Shown here in pieces: positions 9,208-18,972 of a stretch of DNA of 55,781 bases. Within the stretch, counting starts at the first letter, position 1. Every line of letters starts with the position of its first letter. A program made the translations under genes and the position numbers. The notes under the pieces were generated by a model. It was not told the origin of the DNA. It searched no databases and saw only the letters and a program-made list of their open reading frames with translations. The stretch is from an uncultured Alphaproteobacteria bacterium (lineage in GTDB: Bacteria > Pseudomonadota > Alphaproteobacteria > MPNO01 > UBA830), in the NCBI GenBank assembly GCA_905479125.1, contig CAJQLI010000382.1, forward strand, positions 1 through 55,781. The letters run 5' to 3'.

Positions 9208-10217
9208 GTCAAAATGCAACATCAGGCGAGACGGTGGCACCGTCGTCCCTGGCGCTAGAGTTCGATGACAATCGGCTTTTGCCCGCTCTGTATGGCGACT
9301 TCGACCGCCATCTCGCGCGGATAGAACAGCTGCTGGGGATCACGGTCGCGTCCAGGGGCAATAGCATAATCATCACAGGTGATCCGTCTGTCGCAGAGAT
9401 CGCACGCGTCGCGCTGCAGTCGCTATATGTCCGGCTTGCCGACGGGCTTGATGTTGCGCTGGCCGAGATCGATGCGGCGGTACGGCTGGCACGCAGCGCC
9501 GCCGAGGAAGAGTCCTCCGGGGTGGCGGAACTCGACAGCGGCAAATTGGTTATCCGTACACCGAAACGTCATATCTCGCCGCGATCGGCCGGGCAGCAGC
9601 GGTACATGCGCACCCTGATGGATAGTGAGCTGGCATTCGGACTGGGACCTGCGGGAACCGGAAAGACCTATCTCGCGGTTGGGATGGCGGTGTCGATGCT
9701 TACCTCCGGCCGGGTGGACCGGATTATATTGTCGCGCCCGGCGGTTGAAGCCGGGGAACGTCTGGGGTTTCTGCCGGGCGATATGCGCGACAAGATCGAC
9801 CCCTATTTGCGCCCGCTCTATGACGCTCTTTACGACATGTTGCCGGCCGAACAGGTCGACCGCCGTCTTGAAACCGGCGAAATCGAAGTGGCACCACTGG
9901 CCTTTATGCGCGGCCGGACCCTGGCGAATGCTTATGTCATTCTTGACGAGGCACAGAACGCCACGCCCGTTCAGATGAAAATGTTTCTGACGCGCCTTGG
10001 GGAAAATGCCCGCATGGTCGTCACCGGCGATCTGAGCCAGATCGACCTGCCGCGCGGTGTGACATCCGGGCTGCGCCACGCGGTCAGAACGCTGGAGGGT
10101 GTACAGGGCGTTGCGACGACGCAGCTGAGCGCCGGAGATGTCGTGCGGCATGAACTGGTGTCACGTATCGTCAACGCCTATGAGGCGGTTGAAGCGCGGG
10201 GCGACGAAAATGAATGA
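9204..10217 (+). CDS. phoH: PhoH-like ATPase (YbeZ)
   Basis: Walker [13 protein letters not shown], then [19 protein letters not shown] and ILDEAQN. The proposed TTG start at 9204 overlaps the miaB stop; the GTG at 9234 is an alternative. The track ORF start at 9045 lies inside miaB. Confidence 0.85.
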   Translation: MSQNATSGETVAPSSLALEFDDNRLLPALYGDFDRHLARIEQLLGITVASRGNSIIITGDPSVAEIARVALQSLYVRLADGLDVALAEIDAAVRLARSAAEEESSGVAELDSGKLVIRTPKRHISPRSAGQQRYMRTLMDSELAFGLGPAGTGKTYLAVGMAVSMLTSGRVDRIILSRPAVEAGERLGFLPGDMRDKIDPYLRPLYDALYDMLPAEQVDRRLETGEIEVAPLAFMRGRTLANAYVILDEAQNATPVQMKMFLTRLGENARMVVTGDLSQIDLPRGVTSGLRHAVRTLEGVQGVATTQLSAGDVVRHELVSRIVNAYEAVEARGDENE

Positions 10218-10746
10218 TAGCAGTCTGGTGCCTGAAATCGAAATCGACATAATGGTCGAGGCCGCCGGATGGAGCTCCTCGGTGCCTACAGCAAACGATA
10301 TCGTATCGGAAGCAGCGGAGGCGGCGCTCCGTGACGTGGCCGTCAGGGAAAAGGCCAATGCCCCGATTGAACTCAGCATCCTTCTCACTGACAATGCGGC
10401 AATCGCTGAATTGAATCTCCAGTGGCGGGGAAAGACCGGCCCGACAAATGTGCTGTCCTTCCCGGCGGAGAATGATGGGGTGATACCTGGCGCACCGGTG
10501 CTGCTGGGTGATGTTGCCATTGCGCTTGAAACGCTGATTGCCGAGGCGCACGAAGCTGGTATCGAGCCTCGGGATCATCTCCGGCATCTTGTTGTGCATG
10601 GTGTGTTGCACCTGTGCGGTTACGATCACGAAAATGATGTCGACGCAGATCGAATGGAAAGCCGTGAAATTGTCATACTGGAAGTGCTCGGCGTATCTGA
10701 TCCTTATGCTGCCGCTGAGCGGCGCATCGAGGAGGCCCGGCCATGA
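10210..10746 (+). CDS. ybeY: rRNA maturation endoribonuclease YbeY
   Basis: HLVVHGVLHLCGYDHE zinc-binding motif. Its ATG overlaps the phoH stop. Confidence 0.9.
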   Translation: MNDSSLVPEIEIDIMVEAAGWSSSVPTANDIVSEAAEAALRDVAVREKANAPIELSILLTDNAAIAELNLQWRGKTGPTNVLSFPAENDGVIPGAPVLLGDVAIALETLIAEAHEAGIEPRDHLRHLVVHGVLHLCGYDHENDVDADRMESREIVILEVLGVSDPYAAAERRIEEARP

Positions 10747-11633
10747 GCAGTCTGAGTGATGAGTCAAAACCGCCTGAAGAGGAAGCGACCGAGGGCGGGT
10801 CGGGAATCAGGAAGTTGTGGAGAACGCTGACCGGCAGCCGCAATGATGCGGATAATCTGCGCGACACGATTGAAGAGCTGATCGAGCTTGAAGACGACGG
10901 CGATAATGCAGAGGAACTTACCCTGTTCCGCAATGTCCTGAGTGTTCGCGATGTCACCGTTAATGACGTGATGGTCCCGCGCGCGGATATAAAAGCGGTC
11001 GACGTTGAAACGACTATCGCGGATGTTGCCAAGTTTATGAGCGCGTGCGGGCATTCACGGTTGCCGGTATATCGCGACAATCTCGATGACGTCGTCGGTA
11101 TGCTGCACATCAAGGACCTGCTGCCGAGCTGGGAAGGCGACCAGGATACGGGGATTGGCAAGATTGTCCGCAAGCCGCTATTCGTTGCGCCGTCGATGCC
11201 GGTTCTGGAGCTGCTGCTTCAAATGCGCGTTCAGCGGCTGCACATGGCGCTGGTGGTCGATGAATTCGGTGGCATAGACGGGCTGGTGACGATCGAGGAC
11301 CTCGTTGAGGAGATCATCGGCGAGATCGAAGACGAGCACGATAAAGACCGGGGTCCAGAACTTGTGCGCAAGGGGCCGGGTATCATCGACGTGGATGCCC
11401 GCCTCGAGATCGAGGATTTCGAGGCCGAAGCCGGCACTTTCCTGACGGCAGTAGAGCGGGATGAAGACATAGATACAATGGGCGGGCTGGTGTTTTATCT
11501 CGCAGGACGGGTTCCGGGCCGTGGCGAGGTGATTGGTCATGAATCGGGCATTGAGTTCGAGGTTCTCGAAGCCGACCCCCGTCGCATTCGTCGTCTCCGA
11601 GCATCCCAGGTGCCCGTCCAAACCGGCGAATGA
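10743..11633 (+). CDS. corC: CBS-pair plus CorC/HlyC domain protein (TlyC/CorC family)
   Basis: It has a CBS pair (VRDVTVNDVMVPRADI..., VGMLHIKDLL) and a C-terminal CorC_HlyC-type block (GGLVFYLAGRVPGRGEVI). There is a 4-nt overlap with ybeY. Confidence 0.85.
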   Translation: MSSLSDESKPPEEEATEGGSGIRKLWRTLTGSRNDADNLRDTIEELIELEDDGDNAEELTLFRNVLSVRDVTVNDVMVPRADIKAVDVETTIADVAKFMSACGHSRLPVYRDNLDDVVGMLHIKDLLPSWEGDQDTGIGKIVRKPLFVAPSMPVLELLLQMRVQRLHMALVVDEFGGIDGLVTIEDLVEEIIGEIEDEHDKDRGPELVRKGPGIIDVDARLEIEDFEAEAGTFLTAVERDEDIDTMGGLVFYLAGRVPGRGEVIGHESGIEFEVLEADPRRIRRLRASQVPVQTGE

Positions 11634-11670
11634 ACGAAAGACCCGTCCGTCTCCGATATCCGCCGCCGGC

Positions 11671-13263
11671 ATGTTGTCCGCCATGATGCCCGCCGCTGTT
11701 AAGAACTTTGCCCGGATGCTTGCTACGGTTGTCGGGTGGCGCCGCCTTTTGCTCGCCTTTCTGTTCGGCGCCCTGGCTGTTGCGGCGCAGCCTCCCGTTC
11801 ATTTCCTGCCTGTATTGCTGATCTCTTTTCCCGTTTTTATATGGCTACTCGACGGGGCGACGACCTGGCGCAGCGCGTTCGGTGTCGGCTGGATGTTCGG
11901 TGCGGGATATTTCGCCGCTGGTCTCTATTGGGTTCCCAATGCGCTTCTCGTGGATGCGGCAAGGTTCGCCTGGCTGATTCCGTTTGCGGTCCTGGGTTTG
12001 TCGCTCGGACTGGGCCTGTTTATCGGCGGTGCGGCAGTGCTTGCCCGAAAGATCTGGTCGCCCGGGGTTGGCCGTATTTTCGCTCTTGCGGCGTTTTGGG
12101 TGCTGTTTGAATGGGTGCGGGGAACGGTTCTGACCGGTTTTCCGTGGAATCCGGTCGGGAATGTCTGGGTTGCTGTGCCGCCGGTGCTGCAATCTGCGGC
12201 ATGGCTGGGTGTATATGGTCTATCTGCGATTACGGTCTTTGCGGCGGCAGCGCTTGCGATGCTGGGTGACCCGGGTGTTTCGGGCGCCCCGCGCGCACGG
12301 ACGTGGAGATGGGCCGTCTCGGGAATTGCCCTGCTCGCTCTGATTGCCGTGGCCGGGACATTTCGTCTCGCCCAGGCGCCGGGTGAAAATGTGCCGGGCG
12401 TGTTTCTGAGGATCGTTCAGCCGAATATTGCGCAACGCGACAAATGGCTGCCTGAGCGCCGTGCCCGGAATTACGCGCGTCATCTCGAGATGAGCGGTAA
12501 AGGTAGCGATGGCCGGGTCACCCATGTGATCTGGCCGGAAACGGCCGCACCTTTCTCAGTGTCGACCGATGCTGCGCGTCGCGCATTGATGCGCCGCGCG
12601 GTACCGCCCGACGGTTTGCTGCTGACCGGGTCAGTCAGGCTGGAACGGCAGAATGGTCGCGTTGTCCGTATATGGAACAGTCTGGTGGCTGTCGATGACA
12701 AGGCGGGGGTCGCGGCAATATACGATAAGCATCATCTGGTGCCGTTTGGCGAATACATGCCGTTGCGGGCTTTTCTGCCGCTCGACAAGATTACCGCCGG
12801 GGCGCTCGATTTCTCTGCCGGGCCGGGACCGCGTACACTCCGTTTGCCGGGTTTGCCGGCTTTTAGCCCTCTTATCTGTTACGAGATAATCTTTCCGGGT
12901 CGTGTTGTGGATGCGGATGATCGGCCGTCATGGCTCCTGAACATCACCAATGATGGCTGGTTCGGCACAAGCGCGGGCCCGCACCAGCACTTTGCCTCGG
13001 CCCGGCTTCGCGCTGTCGAAGAGGGTCTTCCGGTGGTTCGTGCTGCGAATACCGGTATATCGGGTGTGATTGATGCCTATGGTCGGGTAGTCGTCCGCCT
13101 CGGCCTGGATCGCGCAGGTATCGTGGATTCGGAACTTCCCAGAGCTTTGACCGGCCGAACTGTTTTCTCCCGATTTGGCAATAGCATTGCCGGATTTGTG
13201 GGCTTTCTGATGTTTTTATATGCAATTGTATTACATTGTCGACAGAAGGAGGCATATAAATGA
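11671..13263 (+). CDS. lnt: Apolipoprotein N-acyltransferase
   Basis: It has a multi-TM N-terminus and a CN-hydrolase domain (RIVQPNI..., VIWPETA, ICYEIIFPG, NITNDGWFG). The ATG at 11671 is preferred because the track start at 11533 overlaps corC. Confidence 0.85.
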   Translation: MLSAMMPAAVKNFARMLATVVGWRRLLLAFLFGALAVAAQPPVHFLPVLLISFPVFIWLLDGATTWRSAFGVGWMFGAGYFAAGLYWVPNALLVDAARFAWLIPFAVLGLSLGLGLFIGGAAVLARKIWSPGVGRIFALAAFWVLFEWVRGTVLTGFPWNPVGNVWVAVPPVLQSAAWLGVYGLSAITVFAAAALAMLGDPGVSGAPRARTWRWAVSGIALLALIAVAGTFRLAQAPGENVPGVFLRIVQPNIAQRDKWLPERRARNYARHLEMSGKGSDGRVTHVIWPETAAPFSVSTDAARRALMRRAVPPDGLLLTGSVRLERQNGRVVRIWNSLVAVDDKAGVAAIYDKHHLVPFGEYMPLRAFLPLDKITAGALDFSAGPGPRTLRLPGLPAFSPLICYEIIFPGRVVDADDRPSWLLNITNDGWFGTSAGPHQHFASARLRAVEEGLPVVRAANTGISGVIDAYGRVVVRLGLDRAGIVDSELPRALTGRTVFSRFGNSIAGFVGFLMFLYAIVLHCRQKEAYK

Positions 13264-13413
13264 AACATGTCGAAACAATTTTGGTGGCGGTTTATACCCA
13301 CGATAGTATACTGACCGCTTGCTTAGTCAGTTTTCAAACAAATCCGGGGCACATGATTTCTCTCGGACCACCCTGAGCTGACAAACCGTAATACGCGAGA
13401 AAACGAACACGTT

Positions 13414-13875
13414 ATGGACAAGCCTGAAGAGACAAAGAAGAAGCGCGCAACCCCTATCCGCACCAGGGGCGGGCCTGAGGCGGTAGACGTACATGTCGGC
13501 AGTCGTGTCCGGCAACGCCGGACAATGCTCGGCATGAGCCAGGAAAAGCTCGGTGAAGCGCTTGGCCTCACTTTTCAGCAGGTTCAGAAATATGAACGCG
13601 GCGCGAACCGTATCGGCGCAAGCCGGCTGCACCATATCTCGGAAGTCCTTGATGTCCCGATCAATTATTTTTTCGAGGACATGTCCCCGACCTTTACCCG
13701 CAAACGGGGCAAGGCGGGTCTTGCCGAAGCGCAGGCTGAATACGATCATGACCCGATGGCAAAACGTGAGACGCTCGAACTTGTCCGTTCGTACTACAAG
13801 ATCACCGATCCCAAGGTACGCCGTCGCGTGTTCGAGCTTACCAAACAGCTCGGCAAATCCTTCGCCGAGAGTTAG
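13414..13875 (+). CDS. XRE-family helix-turn-helix transcriptional regulator
   Basis: VGSRVRQRRTMLGMSQEKLGEALGLTFQQVQKYERGANRIGASRL is a classic Cro/C1 HTH. Confidence 0.8.
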   Translation: MDKPEETKKKRATPIRTRGGPEAVDVHVGSRVRQRRTMLGMSQEKLGEALGLTFQQVQKYERGANRIGASRLHHISEVLDVPINYFFEDMSPTFTRKRGKAGLAEAQAEYDHDPMAKRETLELVRSYYKITDPKVRRRVFELTKQLGKSFAES

Positions 13876-14091
13876 GTTACCCACAATGCTCTCCCGATCT
13901 GTCCAGTGACGCGATCGGTGCAGACCGGCGTAACGCAGATTACTTGACCTCGCGCGCGGTTATTGTCACAACGCTTCACAAGATGGTTAAGCGCGTCAGC
14001 GTGCTGCCGCCTGTGGTATCTGCGACTAATCACTCAGGACCGAACCCTGCCGGGCGGGTCCAGACAATAAATCAATTCGAGGAGCGAGAAC

Positions 14092-15264
14092 GTGCCCAAG
14101 GGAACTTACCTATTTACCAGTGAATCCGTTTCCGAAGGACATCCGGACAAGGTCTCTGACCGGATCTCCGATGCCGTCGTGGATCTTTATCTCGGCGCTG
14201 ACCCGTTATCCCGTGTGGCCTGCGAAACGCTGACGACAACCAACCGCATCGTGCTCGCCGGCGAAGTGCGCGGCCCGGAATCAATCACCAAGGAAATGAT
14301 TGAAGGCGTTGCCCGCGATGCTGTGAAGGATATCGGGTACGAACAGGAAGGCTTTCACTGGAAAAATGCAGAGGTTGAAGTTCACCTTCACCAGCAGTCC
14401 GTAGACATCGCCCAGGGCGTCGATGCCGCTGGTAACAAAGACGAAGGCGCAGGCGATCAGGGCATCATGTTCGGTTATGCCTGCACTGAAACGCCGACGC
14501 TCATGCCGGCGCCGCTGTATTATTCGCACGAAATTCTCCGTTCTCTGGCAAAGGCGCGCCACGCTGATTCAAATTCAGGCCTTGGCCCGGATTCAAAAAG
14601 CCAGGTGACGCTCCAGTATGAAAACGGCAAACCGGTCGGAGCGACGTCCGTCGTGGTCTCGACCCAGCACGCTGACGGGCTTGATCAGGACCAGATCCGT
14701 GAAATCGTGCGCCCGCATGTCGAATCTCTCTTGCCGGCCGGCTGGATGTGCCCCGAGGAAGAATTCTACGTTAACCCGACCGGACGCTTCGTGATTGGCG
14801 GCCCGGACGGCGATTGCGGACTGACGGGGCGCAAAATCATCGTCGACACCTATGGCGGTGCAGCACCTCACGGCGGTGGCGCGTTTTCGGGCAAAGATCC
14901 GACGAAAGTCGATCGCTCGGCCGCTTATGCGGCGCGCTGGGTTGCGAAAAACGTCGTTGCTGCGGGAATGGCTGAAAAATGCGTTATCCAGCTTGCCTAC
15001 GCGATTGGTGTTGCCAAGCCGCTGTCTGTCTATGTTGACACTGCCGGCACCGCAACGATGGACGAGGACAAACTGGCAGGCGTAATCCAGGAAGTCGTCG
15101 ACCTGTCGCCCCGCGGTATCCGCGAAGGCCTGCAGCTCAGCCGGCCGATTTATGCGCGCTCGGCGGCATACGGTCACTTCGGCCGCGAGCCCGACGCCGA
15201 TGGCGGCTTCTCCTGGGAGAAAACGGATCTCGTCGACGCCTTGAAAGCGGCGGCGTCTTCCTAA
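14092..15264 (+). CDS. metK: S-adenosylmethionine synthase
   Basis: [28 protein letters not shown] and [16 protein letters not shown] motifs. GTG start with GAGGAG 8 nt upstream. Confidence 0.95.
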   Translation: MPKGTYLFTSESVSEGHPDKVSDRISDAVVDLYLGADPLSRVACETLTTTNRIVLAGEVRGPESITKEMIEGVARDAVKDIGYEQEGFHWKNAEVEVHLHQQSVDIAQGVDAAGNKDEGAGDQGIMFGYACTETPTLMPAPLYYSHEILRSLAKARHADSNSGLGPDSKSQVTLQYENGKPVGATSVVVSTQHADGLDQDQIREIVRPHVESLLPAGWMCPEEEFYVNPTGRFVIGGPDGDCGLTGRKIIVDTYGGAAPHGGGAFSGKDPTKVDRSAAYAARWVAKNVVAAGMAEKCVIQLAYAIGVAKPLSVYVDTAGTATMDEDKLAGVIQEVVDLSPRGIREGLQLSRPIYARSAAYGHFGREPDADGGFSWEKTDLVDALKAAASS

Positions 15265-15340
15265 GCCGCGCATTCCCCTGACCGATCAGGATCAACCGGC
15301 CCGCCGCCGCATATTATATGGGCGGCGGCAGGGCCGACGG

Positions 15341-15994
15341 TTGCGGACCGGCCAGCGTGCGCTGGTCGAGAACCTGTTGCCGTCAATCGAGATCGAACTG
15401 CCGGGTGAATCCGAGGCCTTTTCGCCGAGCGGCCTGTTCGATGCGCAGACCGAACAGGTATGGCTCGAAATCGGCTTCGGTGGCGGTGAACACCTCGCCT
15501 GGCAGGCCAAAAACAATCCACACACCGGTATTATCGGCTGCGAGCCGTTTATCAACGGTGTCGTAAAGCTGCTCGGGAATATCCGGGACGACAATCTGGG
15601 GAATGTCCGGTTGTACCGGGATGACGCGCGCCAGCTTGTCGACCGTCTGCCCGACGCTTCCATCGACCGGGCCTTCATCCTGTTCCCGGACCCCTGGCCC
15701 AAGACGCGTCACAACAAGCGCAGGATTGTCTCGACGCCGGTCATCAACCGTCTGGCGGAGGCCCTGCGGGACGGTGCGGAACTACGTATCGGAACCGACG
15801 ACCCCGGATACCTTGAGTGGATTCTGTGGCACATGCAGAAACAGCCGGCTTTCTCCTGGCAGGCCCGCGTGCCCGGTGACTGGCGGGTCCGACCGGATGA
15901 CTGGCCCGCAACGCGATATGAGCAAAAGGCCGCAAGAGCGGGGCGCAGCAGTGCTTTTCTGACGTATATCCGGCAGGATCGGGCGGCGGACTGA
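15341..15994 (+). CDS. trmB: tRNA (guanine-N7)-methyltransferase
   Basis: EIGFGGGEHLAWQA...ILFPDPWPK...RIGTDD are TrmB motifs. 15341 (TTG) is the first canonical start, but family-like sequence continues upstream (see findings). Confidence 0.85.
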   Translation: MRTGQRALVENLLPSIEIELPGESEAFSPSGLFDAQTEQVWLEIGFGGGEHLAWQAKNNPHTGIIGCEPFINGVVKLLGNIRDDNLGNVRLYRDDARQLVDRLPDASIDRAFILFPDPWPKTRHNKRRIVSTPVINRLAEALRDGAELRIGTDDPGYLEWILWHMQKQPAFSWQARVPGDWRVRPDDWPATRYEQKAARAGRSSAFLTYIRQDRAAD

Positions 15995-16089
15995 GGCACT
16001 ATAAATGCTTGCCATCGGCGCTGGCCGGGACTAGGTTACGCGACACTTAACCACAGGCCCTCCCGGGGACCGAATAAAAGCTTAGAAGA

Positions 16090-16111
16090 GTGGGCCCGGC
16101 CCGCTTTTTTT
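16090..16111 (+). terminator. Intrinsic terminator-like hairpin plus T7 tract between trmB and rimP
   Basis: GTGGGC (16090-16095) pairs with GCCCGC (16099-16104) across a 3-nt loop. Seven T residues follow at 16105-16111. Confidence 0.6.
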
Positions 16112-16186
16112 ATTGGGTGACCGGATAGGCGCCCGGCTAGGTAAAAGATACTTGGACGAAACGTATTTAGGCGAAACATACTGACG

Positions 16187-16696
16187 ATGGATCAGGCTTC
16201 ACTTGTCGCACGGCTGATAGAACCGTCCCTTGACTCGATGGGATACGAACTTGTGCGCGTACAGATCAGCGGCGGTGCATCGGACTGCTGTTTGCAGATC
16301 ATGGCGGAGCGCAAGGATCGCGCCGAGATGAATGTCGAAGATTGCGCCAGTATCAGCCGCAATATTTCGACAGTCCTCGATGTTGAGGACCCTATCAGCG
16401 AGGCGTATACGCTGGAAGTCAGCTCTCCTGGCATGGACCGCCCGCTTGTCCGGTTGGATGATTTCAACCGTTTCGCGGGTTTTGAGACGCGGATCGATAC
16501 GCGCGATGCGATCGTTGACCGCAAGCGCTTTCGCGGCAAGTTAAAGGGTCTCGACGGCGAGACCGTACTGATTGAAGTCGATGGCGAAACCTATGAAATT
16601 CCTTTCGAGGACATATTACGCGCCAAGCTGGTGCTGACCGACGAGTTGATTGCCGCCAGCCAAAAGGCGCACAAACAGAACAAAGAAAACGTTTAA
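16187..16696 (+). CDS. rimP: Ribosome maturation factor RimP
   Basis: LIEPSLDSMGYELVRVQ...LEVSSPGMDRPL is the RimP signature, and the gene sits immediately upstream of nusA. Confidence 0.9.
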   Translation: MDQASLVARLIEPSLDSMGYELVRVQISGGASDCCLQIMAERKDRAEMNVEDCASISRNISTVLDVEDPISEAYTLEVSSPGMDRPLVRLDDFNRFAGFETRIDTRDAIVDRKRFRGKLKGLDGETVLIEVDGETYEIPFEDILRAKLVLTDELIAASQKAHKQNKENV

Positions 16697-16715
16697 CGCT
16701 AACGGAAGAACGAAA

Positions 16716-18335
16716 ATGGTTGATATGGAAAACATCCCGGTCGCGGGATATGACCGGCTTGAACTGCTGCAAATCGCTGATGCGGTTGCGCGGGAAAAAT
16801 CGATCGAGGCTGAGGAAGTACTGGAGGCCATGGAAATGGCGATCCAGAAAGCGGCGCGTTCCAAATACGGGCTGGAGCACGATGTGCGTGCTGAAATCGA
16901 CCGCAAAAGCGGCGACATCAAGCTTGCCCGCTATCTTGAGGTCACCGATGAAATCGAGAACGAGGTAACGCAGGTAACGCCGAAAGAGGCGCAAACGATG
17001 CAGGAAGGCGCCGTCGCCGGCGACTTTATCATCGATCCGCTGCCACCGATCGATTTTGGGCGTATTGCTGCGCAGACGGCAAAACAGGTTATCGTCCAGA
17101 AGGTGCGCGAAGCAGAACGCAAGCGCCAGTACGAGGAATACAAGGACCGCGTCACCGAAATCGTCAACGGTATCGTCAAGCGTACCGAGTTCGGCAATAT
17201 CACGGTCGATCTCGGGCGTGCCGAGGGCGTGATCCGGCGGGATGAATCCATCCCGCGTGAATCGCTGCGTCCCGGTGACCGTGTGCGGGCTTACATCTAT
17301 GACGTTCGTGAAGAAATTCGCGGCCCCCAGATTTTCCTGTCGCGTAGCCATCCCCAGTTCATGGCGAAACTGTTCGGGCAGGAAGTGCCGGAAATCTATG
17401 ACGGTATTATCGAGATCAAGTCAGTCGCCCGCGACCCGGGTAGCCGGGCGAAGATCGCCGTGCTGTCGAACGATTCCAGCATCGATCCGGTCGGTGCCTG
17501 TGTCGGTATGCGCGGCAGCCGTGTTCAGGCTGTTGTCGGCGAATTGCAGGGTGAGAAAATCGATATCATCCAGTGGTCCCCGGACCCCGCGACATTCATC
17601 GTCAACGGGCTGGCCCCGGCCGAGGTGACCAAGGTTGTGCTCGACGAAGAGCAGCAGAAGATCGAAGTGGTCGTCCCCGACGAACAGCTCAGCCTGGCGA
17701 TCGGGCGTCGCGGACAGAACGTGCGCCTCGCATCACAGCTTACTCAGTGGGACATTATGATCCTGACCGAGGAAGAAGAATCCGAACGCCGTCAGGAAGA
17801 ATTCCGGTCGCGCTCGCAGATGTTCATTGACGGTCTCGACGTTGACGATGTGCTGGCGCACCTGCTCGTGACCGAGGGCTTCTCCAGCATTGAAGAAGTC
17901 GCGTTCGTGCCCATCGAAGATCTGCTCTCGATCGAGGGCTTTGACGAGGATATTGCAGAAGAACTGCGGAACCGGGCGAATAACTTCCTGTCCGAAGAGG
18001 AGGAGCGCCTCGCAACCATGCGCCGCGAACTGGGCGTTGACGACGAGCTCGCCGTTTTGGCCGGTTTGACCCCTGCGATGGTGGTTACGCTCGGCGAGGC
18101 CGGCATCAAAACGCTCGACGACCTGGGTGACCTGGCGACCGACGAGCTGAACGACCCCGGAAACCGGGAAGGTGAGGGCCGCGGAATTCTTGCCGAATAC
18201 GGACTAGACGAAGATCAGGCCAACGCGATCATCATGGCCGCGCGGGCGCACTGGTTCGATGATGAAGACGCGCCGGCGGCTGAAGAGCCTGCCGAGGCTG
18301 CCGCCGAAGAACCGGCTTCCACCGAGGAGGTCTGA
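16716..18335 (+). CDS. nusA: Transcription termination/antitermination factor NusA
   Basis: ELLQIADAVAREKSI..., an S1 domain, KH domains (DPVGACVGMRGSRVQAV, SLAIGRRGQNVRLASQL) and an acidic C-terminal repeat region. The ATG at 16716 is preferred to the track start. Confidence 0.95.
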   Translation: MVDMENIPVAGYDRLELLQIADAVAREKSIEAEEVLEAMEMAIQKAARSKYGLEHDVRAEIDRKSGDIKLARYLEVTDEIENEVTQVTPKEAQTMQEGAVAGDFIIDPLPPIDFGRIAAQTAKQVIVQKVREAERKRQYEEYKDRVTEIVNGIVKRTEFGNITVDLGRAEGVIRRDESIPRESLRPGDRVRAYIYDVREEIRGPQIFLSRSHPQFMAKLFGQEVPEIYDGIIEIKSVARDPGSRAKIAVLSNDSSIDPVGACVGMRGSRVQAVVGELQGEKIDIIQWSPDPATFIVNGLAPAEVTKVVLDEEQQKIEVVVPDEQLSLAIGRRGQNVRLASQLTQWDIMILTEEEESERRQEEFRSRSQMFIDGLDVDDVLAHLLVTEGFSSIEEVAFVPIEDLLSIEGFDEDIAEELRNRANNFLSEEEERLATMRRELGVDDELAVLAGLTPAMVVTLGEAGIKTLDDLGDLATDELNDPGNREGEGRGILAEYGLDEDQANAIIMAARAHWFDDEDAPAAEEPAEAAAEEPASTEEV

Positions 18336-18345
18336 GCGTATCGGC

Positions 18346-18966
18346 ATGGCCCGCCCCGAAAAGCAGATGCCGGAGCGGCGCTGCATCTATACGCGCGAAA
18401 CATCGCCGCGCGGGATGCTGGTCCGTTTCTCCGTCTCGCCCGACGGGATGGTTGTGCCGGACCTGGAAGAGAAGCTGCCGGGGCGCGGATTGTGGTTGAC
18501 CGCGCGCGGCGATATAATAAGGCGGGCTTGCGCCGAGAACGTGTTCTCGAAGGCTGCTCGCCGGAACGTAACGGTACCGGCGGACCTGCCCGACCGCCTT
18601 GCCGCGCTGATGAACAGCCGCTGCCTCGATCTGATCGGGTTGGCGCGGCGGTCTGGCGCGGCGGTTGCCGGGTTTGAAAAGGTCCGGGCGGCGCTCGATG
18701 CCGGCGACGTGGCGCTTTTGATAGAAGCGTCGGATGGCGCTGATGACGGGCGTGAGAAACTGGCCCGACGTGCGGCCGGGGTTGAAACGCTGTCTTTATG
18801 GACGGCTGATCAGCTCGGTGCACCATTCGGGCGCGATAGAGCTGTACATGCAGCGATCTTCGCCGGCGGTCTTGCTGACCGTTTGTCGAGGGAAGCGCAG
18901 CGTTGTGCGGGAATACAAAGCGAGGGTGCCGATATCGGCGCCCATCTTGAGTTGCAGGAAAGCTGA
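18346..18966 (+). CDS. YlxR/DUF448-family RNA-binding protein with an L7Ae-like C-terminal half
   Basis: ERRCIYTRETSPRGMLVRF...LPGRGLWL is the DUF448 motif, in the conserved nusA-ylxR-infB position. Confidence 0.8.
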   Translation: MARPEKQMPERRCIYTRETSPRGMLVRFSVSPDGMVVPDLEEKLPGRGLWLTARGDIIRRACAENVFSKAARRNVTVPADLPDRLAALMNSRCLDLIGLARRSGAAVAGFEKVRAALDAGDVALLIEASDGADDGREKLARRAAGVETLSLWTADQLGAPFGRDRAVHAAIFAGGLADRLSREAQRCAGIQSEGADIGAHLELQES

Positions 18967-18972
18967 CCGAAG

